From an uncultured delta proteobacterium (GTDB taxonomy: Bacteria > Desulfobacterota > Desulfuromonadia > Geobacterales > DSM-12255): a stretch of 64,000 bases of DNA. The notes under the pieces are model-generated. The model was given only the letters and a program-made list of their open reading frames with translations, made no database searches and was not told the DNA's origin. This document shows, piece after piece, positions 42,901 to 52,453 of the stretch. The translations under genes and the position numbers were made by a program. The DNA is taken from the NCBI GenBank assembly GCA_963787125.1, contig CAWBBV010000005.1, positions 75,831 through 139,830 of the forward strand, in the 5' to 3' direction. Position 1 is the first letter of the stretch, and each line of letters opens with the position of its first letter.

Positions 42901-45900
42901 CAACGGCACCAACAATGTCTCCTGGGGTCCCTTAAGCACCGGCGGCGGCGCCTACAATGCCGGCGCATGCGCCACAATTTACTGCCACAGTAATGGCGCT
43001 GCCACCTTGACCTATAAGGCGCCTACCAACTGGCGCACACTTGCCGACGGTACTCAAGGGACGGTACAATGTGACTACTGCCATAACGGACTGGTAACCG
43101 ATACAGCCCCGATGAGCAGTAACCGCCATACCAACCATATCAACTCAAACCCGGCTGGCGGCATCAACCATATGGCAATTGCCTGCGATGATTGCCATGA
43201 TAATACCGTGGCGGCAGGCGGCACTTCCATACTTGCCGGCAACAATAGTCACATAAACAAAAAGGTCGACATTAATTTTGCCAAGTTCGACAATCGTTCC
43301 GGCTCGTACAGCGGCACTGCTACCAAGCAGTGTTCCAATACCTATTGCCACGGCTACAAGACGATGACCTGGACAACGACCACCGTGAATGTCTGCGGGG
43401 ACTGCCATGCCGCCAGCAATACCTTCTCCTTCGGCCTTTCCTCAACTCATCGCAAGCATTACAACAGCGGCACCAACGCAACCAACGCCAACGGCTGGAC
43501 CAGCAGTCTCAGCCAGACCACGGCCACCAATTTTGTCGCCAACTGCGGTGTCTGCCATAATGTCACGCCTGGTACCAACCATGTGAATGGTCCGGTCAGC
43601 GCCTCGGCTTCCGCTGAATTGTCGTTCAATATTCCTGTGGTGCCGTCCGGAGCGGCACGGCCCAATACGCCTGTTTACGGCAGCACCATCAGAACCGACG
43701 GTGGTGGCTACTTCTTCTCCAGCGGCACCACCTGCGATGTGTACTGCCATTCGGACGCCCGTGGCGGCCCATCCAAGACACAGTTTGTCTGGTCCAAGAC
43801 CACCTTTTCCTGCGGCAAATGCCATAACAGCGCCAAAGACGGCGACCCGAGCCCGACCTGGAGCGCCCCGCATACCAAACATATCCGGACCTATTTCGAG
43901 GCGGGCAACAGCAATATCGGTTGCTACGCTTGTCACAAGTCGACCGTGTTTGCCCAGAGCAGTTCCATTGCCGACAAACGCAAGCATGTCAACGGTTACC
44001 GCAACGTCTCTTCCAGCAGCTTCAGCGGCTTTACCTATGTCGCCGCTACCAAGGCCTGCAATACCGGCTACTGTCATTCTGACGGCAAATTGAGCGGCTC
44101 CCAGTACGCCAGCCCGACCTGGACGGCCATTGCTGCCAACTGCACCGGCTGCCACGGCAGCGCCACAGCCAACTCCACCGGGGGTTCGACTCTCTCCGGC
44201 AGACATGCCAAACACTTGAATCCTGCGAGCAATCCGATGATCGGCACTGGGAACGGCTTCAAATGCGCCGACTGCCATGCTTTAACAATTACTAACGCCG
44301 ACAACCTGACCATTACTGACGCCGGCAGGCACGTCAACAAGATCATCAACTACTCCGGCGCCAAGGCCGGCGGTTCGGCAAAATACAACACCGGCACCAA
44401 GGTCTGCACCAACATCTATTGCCATTCCAACGGCAATCCGAATGCACTTGTCTTTGTCAGCATGACCGGCAGCAAGACCTGGACAACATCAACATATACC
44501 ATCACCACTTGCAACAAATGCCATGGACGCAGTAACAACCTCGGCTATCCTGATTACACCAACGGCGGCGCCAACAAAGCTAATTCAAACCTTCATCCGG
44601 GTCACCTTGTCGGCATGACCGATACCACTGCCTGTGCCGACTGCCACCGCAAAACTCCCGACGCATCAGTCCCTTCCCAGTACCGGCCATACTCGACCAT
44701 GCATTTGAACGGTACGCCGAATCTTTATTTTAACACTGACAAGAACTATGTCGGGGCAAAGGCAACAGTTGTCCAAAACGGTTATCAAGTGACCTGCAGC
44801 AACGTAGTCTGTCACGGTCAGGGAACACCGATCTGGGGGAGCCAACCATCAGGGCTGGCCGGGGTAAGAACCTGTACGAAATGTCACGGCACCAAGACAA
44901 CGGCTGACTACCTGAATAACTACTCTTCAGCTATGATCGCTCCGGGTTACAACGGTGAAGGTACAGATACCACCATGAACAAGGCTCTGCCGACCGATCC
45001 GCGAGTCGGCGCCCACCAGCGCCACCTGGTTTCAAATGTTATTACAGCTGTTATCAAATGCGGCGAGTGTCACGTAACTGTTACCAACATCCGTTCCGGC
45101 AACCACTGGAACTACTCAACCGCGACCATTACTTTCTCCGGTCGTGCGACCACCAATAATCACACCAACGCGGCAGCTTCCCGGACGGACGGGATCATGC
45201 AGTGCAGCAATACCCAGTGTCATACCGGCAAATCCAATTCAGGTAATTATGTAATACCATTCTGGACCTATACCGGACTTATCAAGGAAAGCACCCTGAC
45301 CGTTGCCTCTTGTCAGAGATGTCACGGTTTCCCGCCGAAAACTGTCGGTTCCGGCGGCACGGCCCTTTCCTATGACCACACAGCCCTGGCTGACCCAACG
45401 TCCTTCCCGGTTACTAACTGTTCAGGTTGTCATACAAACATAAGCTCGACCGGCACTAATTATAACGATATATTTACGACCAAAGCACTCCACATTGACG
45501 GCGTCATACAAGCCAGCGGCGGCCACTCCTTCCCCAATCCCGGCTCCATTCATAATACCGCTACAGGATATCCGGCCTTCTCCAGTTGTGTAAACGGTAG
45601 CTGTCACACAAATGGCTCCAACGCAACTTATCCGGTCCCAGCCCTCACTGCTCCTGATTGCACCAGCTGTCACAAGCGACCAAGTAACGAAACTTCCTTC
45701 GGAATCAGGACCAGTGGCGCATCCTCCTGTTATGACTGCCATGGCTCCAGTTCAACAGACGGTCGTCCGAACGGCAGCGCCTTTCCAAACTACAGCGGCA
45801 GCCACACCAAGCACGTTGTCACTCAGAATCTAAGTTGCGCCACTTGTCACGGACCTTACGGCGGCGGCGTGGGTGATACCAAGCACGGTTTCAGCAACAG

Positions 45901-46414
45901 AACTGCTCACAACTACACCTTTGTCAATGTGACATCCACATCGGCACAGTTCAAATTCAGCTGGACAGGTAAGGGCACCTGCTCCACCAACAGCTGTCAC
46001 GCAACAGCCGAATGGGGTGTCAGCAAACTGCAGTGCAACAGCTGTCACAGTTATGACTCCAGTGATCCCTGGAATTCCACCTACGGGATCGAGGGTGTCG
46101 GCGCCCATAAGTTGCATATTGACTATATCAAGACCCGCTGGAACCAGACCCTTGATCCGGCCGGAGATCTGTTCGGTTCCGGTGCGGCAGCAGCTGTCTG
46201 CGGTGTTTGTCACTCAACTGACCCTGCCGACCACAGCAAAAGCAAGGCTGTTAACAGCCGCAATATTAATTTTGGCGGCAGCACTACCCGCCAGTTCGGC
46301 ACCATCACACCGACCTATAACGGCACCAGCGGCACGTCTTCATCAGTAAACCCGAAATCGTGCATGAATACCGATTGCCACTACCGGACCTCGCCAATCT
46401 GGTCGACGTACTAA
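39980..46414 (+). CDS. Giant multiheme c-type cytochrome (CxxxxCH/CxxCH family), about 52 heme motifs
   Basis: Manual count 36 CxxCH plus 16 CX3-4CH; probable ATG at 39980 after AGGTGAG; signal peptide ending PAAA. Confidence 0.9.
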   Translation: MNYKRNIVALLRRISPVTLGLLAFLAFCIALTDPAAAADLLHNSNDTGSGTSKWPNGWGIAGGRYGQFICATCHEPDADNEKNIRATISSMNGDLLPNGSTSVAINFLNQTSMGDDSKPRTASNRICEVCHSQNKFHNYSTTSNLSHGGALGHPNPKQVCVSCHKHNTGFKAACGGCHGNPPTSASLGNYSGMIGTPRASNTLTPGQPGAHRAHVSDHSLVCDTCHYIDPQSGQSRMPNQSGTVQIGFFGFGGKVTSGTFTPFTSATRGYPFAAGSAGTIIAPGQTSNANANICSNVYCHGGGAPGKAPLTGGTNQTPRWDGSGQTGCGSCHGASPTATTMGNHQIHAGSATGYSYACNTCHPATDSSHVQGSVRWQFSTTDQRVAGAKYQPAGAATAENSGATGNLAPSSSYGSCSSIYCHYNDTPQWGSSLATDCSGCHGGDEYSASPMVKDAHRTHDFNRSARFDQFDFKCQDCHASVVDATNRVITNKALHSNGTKEVVWSALVTRTSGTVAYNNNDANCSTTYCHSNALNGAPNVTSLSWLGTPSSQEGTFTCNSCHGGFAGVFNPLTTNRHAFHLNNQYKNSNIPHVPVTCHVCHDNTIGPDGQSINHSNGLHINKSYNVTFARFANRSGYYTPGTLPAKGTCRSTYCHGNNNPVWTSTTLLTCGQCHEASNRNNTFSLSSSHIKHYNTTTRPTAANGWTNVNNSTGTTNRFMCGVCHAEDPATHHVNGQAMPNGAAADLLISLPFTVTPSSRQYPADGLPVITRGTTVIPDRGNYFFSRETTCQVYCHSNARGGPPVNTMYWANTTTSCGNCHNKAGDADPTWSGAHTDHETSPITTAITCQACHSATASGNNTLASRRDLHPNGFINLTGTVNTSFRWNGTNCTNNKCHYGGTTPNWVGGVFTTSHCIGCHGGTASTTNPMNKMGHGAHINNQSAKFGSPRYNCNECHNTVVYANNTSILGPTLHVNGTNNVSWGPLSTGGGAYNAGACATIYCHSNGAATLTYKAPTNWRTLADGTQGTVQCDYCHNGLVTDTAPMSSNRHTNHINSNPAGGINHMAIACDDCHDNTVAAGGTSILAGNNSHINKKVDINFAKFDNRSGSYSGTATKQCSNTYCHGYKTMTWTTTTVNVCGDCHAASNTFSFGLSSTHRKHYNSGTNATNANGWTSSLSQTTATNFVANCGVCHNVTPGTNHVNGPVSASASAELSFNIPVVPSGAARPNTPVYGSTIRTDGGGYFFSSGTTCDVYCHSDARGGPSKTQFVWSKTTFSCGKCHNSAKDGDPSPTWSAPHTKHIRTYFEAGNSNIGCYACHKSTVFAQSSSIADKRKHVNGYRNVSSSSFSGFTYVAATKACNTGYCHSDGKLSGSQYASPTWTAIAANCTGCHGSATANSTGGSTLSGRHAKHLNPASNPMIGTGNGFKCADCHALTITNADNLTITDAGRHVNKIINYSGAKAGGSAKYNTGTKVCTNIYCHSNGNPNALVFVSMTGSKTWTTSTYTITTCNKCHGRSNNLGYPDYTNGGANKANSNLHPGHLVGMTDTTACADCHRKTPDASVPSQYRPYSTMHLNGTPNLYFNTDKNYVGAKATVVQNGYQVTCSNVVCHGQGTPIWGSQPSGLAGVRTCTKCHGTKTTADYLNNYSSAMIAPGYNGEGTDTTMNKALPTDPRVGAHQRHLVSNVITAVIKCGECHVTVTNIRSGNHWNYSTATITFSGRATTNNHTNAAASRTDGIMQCSNTQCHTGKSNSGNYVIPFWTYTGLIKESTLTVASCQRCHGFPPKTVGSGGTALSYDHTALADPTSFPVTNCSGCHTNISSTGTNYNDIFTTKALHIDGVIQASGGHSFPNPGSIHNTATGYPAFSSCVNGSCHTNGSNATYPVPALTAPDCTSCHKRPSNETSFGIRTSGASSCYDCHGSSSTDGRPNGSAFPNYSGSHTKHVVTQNLSCATCHGPYGGGVGDTKHGFSNRTAHNYTFVNVTSTSAQFKFSWTGKGTCSTNSCHATAEWGVSKLQCNSCHSYDSSDPWNSTYGIEGVGAHKLHIDYIKTRWNQTLDPAGDLFGSGAAAAVCGVCHSTDPADHSKSKAVNSRNINFGGSTTRQFGTITPTYNGTSGTSSSVNPKSCMNTDCHYRTSPIWSTY

Positions 46415-46437
46415 CATGAAAGTAATAAGGGGAGTAA

Positions 46438-47190
46438 ATGTTTAAACGGTTTTTCTTTGGAACTGGACTTGTACTGATGTGCATTTTTCATGCAAACTCA
46501 GGCATGGCGCAGGAGTGTAATCCACTCTCCATGACATCAATGGCGGCGCCGCCAGGGACAGTCGGTGTTGCCTATAAGCACAAAATTCAAAGTTTTGGCG
46601 GAAAAGAGCCAATCAGCATGATACTGACTGCAGGGGTACTGCCCGCGGGGCTGTCGCTTTTTGACAACGGTGAAATATCCGGCAAACCAAGAGAGTCCGG
46701 CTCCTTTACGCTGATCATAGAAGCTGCTGACAGCTGCAAACCGCAGCAACAGTCTGCAACCCGAACCATGCAACTGATCGTTTCTGCTTCCGGCAAAATC
46801 AGCCCTGCCAACCAGTCGGCACAGCTCCGCAAAGTCCCTCTGAAAGTAAAAGTCATCACCTCTCCATCAACGTTCAGCATCCCGGCTGTTGGCGCTGTTG
46901 AGCGAAAGGTGAGCTACACACTGACCTCACAGCCGGCGGAAACCGCAACCCTTAACTCTCTTGGTGGCACCTTTACTGTCGCCGGAGCGGTAATTGAATC
47001 GGTCAAGACGCCCCTCACTGCCACTTTTATCAATGGCAAATCCGCCCTGACGGAAACCATAATCATTCCGCCGAAAGTACTTGAGCAAGCCCGCAGAGAT
47101 AAAGGCGCACGAATCGTCTACAGTCGGGCCTTTAGCGGTCGCGGGACGACTGCCCTTGGAATTGTCGAATTCAGGATGATTTTTGAATAA
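46438..47190 (+). CDS. Secreted putative Ig-domain (He_PIG-like) protein
   Basis: Signal peptide; GTVGVAY...GG..P...GVLPAGLSL...GEISGKP..SGSFTL..EAADS; 23 nt downstream of the third cytochrome. Confidence 0.75.
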   Translation: MFKRFFFGTGLVLMCIFHANSGMAQECNPLSMTSMAAPPGTVGVAYKHKIQSFGGKEPISMILTAGVLPAGLSLFDNGEISGKPRESGSFTLIIEAADSCKPQQQSATRTMQLIVSASGKISPANQSAQLRKVPLKVKVITSPSTFSIPAVGAVERKVSYTLTSQPAETATLNSLGGTFTVAGAVIESVKTPLTATFINGKSALTETIIIPPKVLEQARRDKGARIVYSRAFSGRGTTALGIVEFRMIFE

Positions 47191-47236
47191 AGGTAACCTT
47201 GAATGATCAGCAATAGCAGGTAGAAACAGTCAACTT

Positions 47237-47530
47237 TCATAACGAAGCTTTCTCCCACAAACCTTTAACTTTCTTAACTTTTGCTATTTTAACTTTTTTC
47301 TCTTCAGCAACTACGCTCCCGTCTGCTGCAAAACGCCGGCTGTCAACTTTAGCCATGATTATGCCGGCTTTTTCTCTGGCAGCAAGCTTCTTATTGTAAT
47401 TGTAGGTGATCTGCTCCACATTCATACCGTCAGCTCTCAGTTCTCTCAGCGCCGCACTACTGATAACCTTCAGCTCACTGCAGCCGGTAAGAAGGGCTAT
47501 TAAAAGTATGACCAGAACAGATCTTAACAT
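47237..47530 (-). CDS. Small hypothetical lipoprotein
   Basis: MLRSVLVILLIALLTGC lipobox; AGGGGG RBS. Confidence 0.65.
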   Translation of the reverse strand: MLRSVLVILLIALLTGCSELKVISSAALRELRADGMNVEQITYNYNKKLAAREKAGIIMAKVDSRRFAADGSVVAEEKKVKIAKVKKVKGLWEKASL

Positions 47531-47767
47531 GGCGTCCCCCTTGTGCATCTCTCTTCCTATCCATCTTTATTACCAGATACGTGCCCATCTCAATTAGCCG
47601 CTAACCTGCTGTTTTAATTTGTATTTAAGAGGGATAAGCCTGCCAGGGGGATGATCTGAGAGTGAACAGCGCAACGAGATCCATGCTGTAACAAGCTGAA
47701 ATCATTGGATGCATTGCAACTGCCGACTGTGCAACTATTGAACAGCAACCCTATTTATCGTCTCTGC

Positions 47768-47798
47768 CTTGACAAGAACAGAGTGAGATACCTATATT
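47768..47798 (+). promoter_or_regulatory. Putative heat-shock (RpoH-type) or sigma70 promoter of clpB
   Basis: CTTGAC-N17-CCTATAT. Confidence 0.5.
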
Positions 47799-47816
47799 TT
47801 TCCCACGGAGGTGATT

Positions 47817-50417
47817 ATGCCCAGACCTGAGAAAATGACGATAAAGAGCCAGGAAGCCCTTGCCGCTGCTGTCAATGAAGCTACCAGCCGGAAAAGCGGG
47901 GCAATTGAACCGGAGCATCTGCTGCTGGCACTTCTCGACCAGGAAGGTGGCTTGGTAACACCGCTGTTGCAAAGAGTCGGTGCAGACCCGGCAGCTGTCC
48001 GTGCAAGATTGGTGGAGTCGCTTGGTAAACTTTCCCAGGTGAGCGGCGACAACAGTCAGCCTCATCTCTCGGCAGAGACGAATCGTCTTCTGGAATACGC
48101 CGAGAAAGAAGCTGACGGGATGAAGGATCAGTACATCTCTACGGAGCACCTGCTGCTGGGGTTTCTCTCCCTCAAAAACGGTGCAGCAGCCAGAACTCTG
48201 AAGGATAGTGGGGTCAGCCGAGACTCTCTGCTCAAGGCGCTCGCCGGGCTGCGCGGCAGTGAGCGGGTGACCGATCAAAACCCTGAAGATAAATACCAGG
48301 CGCTGGAAAAGTATGCCCGGGATCTGACAGAACTGGCACGCAAAGGGAAACTGGATCCGGTAATCGGCCGGGATGATGAGATACGGCGAGTGATCCAGGT
48401 GCTTTCCCGCAGAACCAAGAACAATCCTGTCCTGATTGGAGAGCCCGGAGTCGGCAAAACAGCGATTGTCGAAGGACTGGCAAGCAGAATCATTGCCGGT
48501 GATGTACCTGAAACCCTCAAAAACAGGCGCCTCGTCGCCCTTGACATGGGGGCACTGGTTGCGGGCGCCAAGTATCGCGGTGAATTTGAAGAACGCTTGA
48601 AAGCGGTGATAAAAGAGGTTGAGAAGTCCGAAGGCGAGATAATACTTTTTATTGACGAGCTGCACACCCTGGTAGGAGCAGGCGCTGCTGAAGGGGCAAT
48701 GGATGCCTCAAACATGCTCAAACCCGCTCTGGCGAGGGGAGAGCTGCACTGCATCGGCGCAACCACACTGAACGAGTACCGCAAACATATCGAAAAGGAT
48801 GCGGCTCTTGAGCGCCGCTTTCAGCAGGTGTATGCAGGCGAACCGTCTGTGGAGGACACCATTGCCATTCTGCGCGGCCTCAAAGAGCGCTACGAGAATT
48901 TTCACGGCATCAGAATCAAAGACAGCGCCATAATTGCCGCTGCCACCCTCTCCGACAGGTATATTACCGCCCGCTTCCTCCCTGACAAGGCCATAGACCT
49001 TATTGATGAAGCAGCATCGCGCCTGCGGATCGAGATAGACTCGCTACCGACGGAAATTGATGAAATTGAGAGAAGAATCATTCAGTTGGAAATCGAAAAA
49101 CAGGCCCTCTTGCGCGAGCAGGACAGTCATTCAAAAGAGCGCCTCAAAAAGCTGGCGGATGAACTGGAAGAGCAAAAAAGCCGCTCAGCCACTCTGAAGA
49201 GCCACTGGCAAGGGGAAAAAGAGCTGCACAACCGGATCAGCACTCTCAAGAAGTCGCTGGAAGAAAAAAAAGAGGGGGCTAAAAGAAGCGAGAGGGTCGG
49301 CGATCTGGCAAAGACCGCAGAAATACGTTACGGCGACATTCCACTCCTTGAAAAACAGATTGAAGAAGTCCAGGAAGAGCTGCGACTGAAGCAGCTGGAG
49401 GGGCGGATGCTTCCGGAAGAGGTCGATGCCGAGATGGTGGCGGAAATAGTCGCCAAATGGACCGGGATCCCGGTAAACCGGATGCTGGAGAGTGAAACTG
49501 ACAAGCTCGTGCGAATGGAAGAGCGGCTTAAACAAAGAGTCGTCGGCCAGGATGAGGCTCTCGTACTTGTTGCCAATGCGGTCAGGCGTTCCAGAGCCGG
49601 ACTCTCCGACCCGAACCGGCCCATCGGTTCATTTATCTTCCTGGGTCCGACCGGAGTCGGTAAAACCGAGACAGCACGAGCCCTGGCGGAGCTTCTCTTT
49701 GATGACGATCAGGCGATTGTCAGGATCGACATGAGCGAATATCAAGAGAAACATTCGGTTGCCAGGATGATCGGTGCACCTCCCGGTTATGTGGGCTATG
49801 AAGAGGGGGGGCAACTTACCGAAGCCGTCAGGAGAAGGCCTTACAGTATCGTGCTCTTCGACGAGATCGAAAAGGGTCATCCGGAAATTTTCAATGTTCT
49901 CCTCCAGGTGCTTGATGATGGCCGCCTGACAGACGGCCAGGGGCGAACGGTCGATTTCAGGAACTGCGTTATCATCATGACCAGCAATGTGGGGTCCCAC
50001 TGGATCCAGCAGCAGAGTTCAACTGATTATGCAAAAATGAGGAACATGGTGCTGGAAGCGCTGAAAGAGAGTTTCAAACCTGAGTTTCTCAACCGTATTG
50101 ACGAAACGATCATCTATCACCCGCTCGAAATTGCCCAGATCAGAAAGATTGCTGCTATTCAGCTGCAGGAATTGACGAAAAGGGTTGCCGCAAGGGATCT
50201 GACGCTTAAGGTTACTGATAAAGCCAGCGAGTATCTAGCGACCCAGGGGTATGATCCGCTCTATGGGGCAAGACCGCTGAAGAGAACTATTCAACGGCTG
50301 ATTCAGGATCCGTTGGCGCTCTTGCTGCTTGAAGGGAAATTCTTGGCTGGCGATACTTGCCTGGTGGATCTGGCAGGAGATGGTCAGGGGCTGACGATAA
50401 GCGCGCCTGAGAGGTGA
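47817..50417 (+). CDS. clpB: ATP-dependent chaperone ClpB
   Basis: Two AAA+ domains ([16 protein letters not shown]), middle coiled-coil domain, [12 protein letters not shown] at 47817 after GGAGGTG. Confidence 0.97.
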   Translation: MPRPEKMTIKSQEALAAAVNEATSRKSGAIEPEHLLLALLDQEGGLVTPLLQRVGADPAAVRARLVESLGKLSQVSGDNSQPHLSAETNRLLEYAEKEADGMKDQYISTEHLLLGFLSLKNGAAARTLKDSGVSRDSLLKALAGLRGSERVTDQNPEDKYQALEKYARDLTELARKGKLDPVIGRDDEIRRVIQVLSRRTKNNPVLIGEPGVGKTAIVEGLASRIIAGDVPETLKNRRLVALDMGALVAGAKYRGEFEERLKAVIKEVEKSEGEIILFIDELHTLVGAGAAEGAMDASNMLKPALARGELHCIGATTLNEYRKHIEKDAALERRFQQVYAGEPSVEDTIAILRGLKERYENFHGIRIKDSAIIAAATLSDRYITARFLPDKAIDLIDEAASRLRIEIDSLPTEIDEIERRIIQLEIEKQALLREQDSHSKERLKKLADELEEQKSRSATLKSHWQGEKELHNRISTLKKSLEEKKEGAKRSERVGDLAKTAEIRYGDIPLLEKQIEEVQEELRLKQLEGRMLPEEVDAEMVAEIVAKWTGIPVNRMLESETDKLVRMEERLKQRVVGQDEALVLVANAVRRSRAGLSDPNRPIGSFIFLGPTGVGKTETARALAELLFDDDQAIVRIDMSEYQEKHSVARMIGAPPGYVGYEEGGQLTEAVRRRPYSIVLFDEIEKGHPEIFNVLLQVLDDGRLTDGQGRTVDFRNCVIIMTSNVGSHWIQQQSSTDYAKMRNMVLEALKESFKPEFLNRIDETIIYHPLEIAQIRKIAAIQLQELTKRVAARDLTLKVTDKASEYLATQGYDPLYGARPLKRTIQRLIQDPLALLLLEGKFLAGDTCLVDLAGDGQGLTISAPER

Positions 50418-50424
50418 GGGAAAC

Positions 50425-50772
50425 TTATTTCTTTTCTTTGCCTTCCAGCAGATAGGCAAAGAGATTGCGGCACATCTGCAGCCGCCTCAAGTAGACTTTA
50501 CGAGGAGTCGCTTCAAGCGCTTCTATCTGGGGCTTGAGGGCATCGCACTTCTCCAAAGCCTTTTTCAGCGCATCTATCGACATTTCCGCCGCAGTGTCAC
50601 TCTGGCCGCATAGTCGGTCAAACTCCGCCTTCCATGACTCGCCGGTCTCGGCAGAAACGGCTGAAGTAACGCAAAGTGGTGGTAGGTTCCATGACACGAT
50701 GACAGCAAGCAGAAGGGTAATAACCAGTCTCTTCACAGCTACTCTCTCATTGCCGGATGACATCTTTTGCAC
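50425..50772 (-). CDS. Hypothetical exported helical protein with Cys residues
   Basis: Signal-like segment, then FDRLCG...KCDAL...QMCRNL; overlaps or abuts the upstream cytochrome; start uncertain (possibly GTG 50736). Confidence 0.6.
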   Translation of the reverse strand: MQKMSSGNERVAVKRLVITLLLAVIVSWNLPPLCVTSAVSAETGESWKAEFDRLCGQSDTAAEMSIDALKKALEKCDALKPQIEALEATPRKVYLRRLQMCRNLFAYLLEGKEKK

Positions 50773-51476
50773 TCATCCATCGGAAAAGCAACCGACACGT
50801 GGCATACGCCGCAGAAGTTACCCTTGAGAATCTCTACCATGGAAAAATGGGTTCCCTTCTTCTTGATATTGAAGAGATCGGGGTGACAATTATCACAATC
50901 CAGCCAGGCTGCATGGGCTTTGTGCGGAAATATCGCCGGCGGTATAATTGTCATTTCCGCTTCCAGCAACAACTCTTTTTCAAAATTCATATCCTGCGAT
51001 TTTTTCTTGATGTACGTCTGCGGCTTTATCGCACCGCTGGCAATCCCGACGGTCCAGTTCACGCCATTGCCGACCGGAGTCATCGGCATCGACACCTTGA
51101 GCATAAATGCGTCAAACTTGCTATTGCTGTAGCCAATCTCACCGTTATGGCATTTATCGCAGTTGCCGTTGTGCCGGAAAGCGATTTTACCGTTATGGCA
51201 GGCGCCGCAAAACTTGCCGCTCCGGTTCGCCCGCTCAGTAATTTCGGTAGCATTAGTCTTCATCAGAAAATCAAGCTCGCCATGACAGACCCGGCAAGTA
51301 TATTTGGTCCGGTGCAGCCAGTGAGAGAAATTAACCGGCAATTGATCATTGGCAGTTGACGTCCGGTTGATCAGAATATTGCCGTACTCTTCCCGGGGAG
51401 GCAGCGACGGCAGGTTGAAATTCGCTCCGGCTTCAGCAGAAGCAAAAAGTAAAATCATCAAAACAAATATAGGCAT
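50739..51476 (-). CDS. Hexaheme c-type cytochrome with two c7-type triheme domains
   Basis: 6 CxxCH; FSHWLH and FPHKAH; GNGVNW linker; signal peptide. Confidence 0.88.
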   Translation of the reverse strand: MPIFVLMILLFASAEAGANFNLPSLPPREEYGNILINRTSTANDQLPVNFSHWLHRTKYTCRVCHGELDFLMKTNATEITERANRSGKFCGACHNGKIAFRHNGNCDKCHNGEIGYSNSKFDAFMLKVSMPMTPVGNGVNWTVGIASGAIKPQTYIKKKSQDMNFEKELLLEAEMTIIPPAIFPHKAHAAWLDCDNCHPDLFNIKKKGTHFSMVEILKGNFCGVCHVSVAFPMDECKRCHPAMRE

Positions 51477-52300
51477 CACTGAACCTGTTGTGTATGGCAT
51501 CTGCGACAGTCACTCTGGGGAAAGGCAATCTTGCCGTGACAGGCCCCGCAGTATTTCCCTGCGAAAAGATCTATCATGCTGTACTTCTCTGTCCCCTTTT
51601 TCACTCCCACAAAAATATCCGGGTGACAAAGTTCGCAACCGTTCCAGACAGTATGTTTCTTATGGGAGAATATTATCGACGGCACCCCGTCAACCTTGGC
51701 GCCAAGAGTGAAATCTTTCTGGTTAGCCATAGGTGGCCGCTTTGTTGAAAGACCTTCGACATAGTCGATCAGCTTTATTGCACCTTCACGTTCTGCCTCT
51801 TCCCAGTTAATGCCGTTGCCACCCCGCTCTTTGGGCATCTTCTCGGCAAAAGCCCGGAATGCCTTTTCTCTTTGTTCACGCCTCACTTCCCGCTCCTGAG
51901 GAGACTTATCCTGACTATGACAGCGCAGACACCGCTTCATATCCTCTTTGGAAAAATTATCACTACAGGCAGCAAAGAGTTTTTCACCACCAAAGATTGA
52001 CTTGCCGTTATGACAGGCTCCGCAGTAGTACCCCTTCATATTATCTACTGAGCGGACGCCACCTTCATTTGCCTTCATTGAAAAACCGATGTCGACATGA
52101 CAAACCCGACAGGTAAAGGTTTTCCGATGGACCCAATGCTCAAATAGCACCGGATTTACCCCTGACTTTATCGAATTGACATCAAGGACGACATTGCCGT
52201 AATCCTGCTCGAGAATCTTTTTTTTCTTCACACCACCGGCAGAAAAAGCAAGGCCCGCAAAACCGAATACAAGCAGAATTACGATCAAAATACGTTTCAT
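51476..52300 (-). CDS. Hexaheme c-type cytochrome with two c7-type triheme domains
   Basis: 6 CxxCH; FEHWVH and FSHKKH; GNGINW linker; ATG at 52300 after GGGAG. Confidence 0.88.
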   Translation of the reverse strand: MKRILIVILLVFGFAGLAFSAGGVKKKKILEQDYGNVVLDVNSIKSGVNPVLFEHWVHRKTFTCRVCHVDIGFSMKANEGGVRSVDNMKGYYCGACHNGKSIFGGEKLFAACSDNFSKEDMKRCLRCHSQDKSPQEREVRREQREKAFRAFAEKMPKERGGNGINWEEAEREGAIKLIDYVEGLSTKRPPMANQKDFTLGAKVDGVPSIIFSHKKHTVWNGCELCHPDIFVGVKKGTEKYSMIDLFAGKYCGACHGKIAFPQSDCRRCHTQQVQ

Positions 52301-52453
52301 ATAAAGTCTCCCTGAGATACAAAATGAGGCGCTCATTATCAGTCCAGCAGCCAACTTTGTCAACGGAATATAATTAGCCAAACTCATTAAACTAATGCAA
52401 TAATTCTCTATTTTCTTGCTACAAACTGCCTAAAAAGCAATAATCGTTCAAAT

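Noticed and set aside
47569..47590. Sigma54-like GGCACGTATCTGGT upstream of the small lipoprotein
   Set aside because: The -12 box is GT rather than GC
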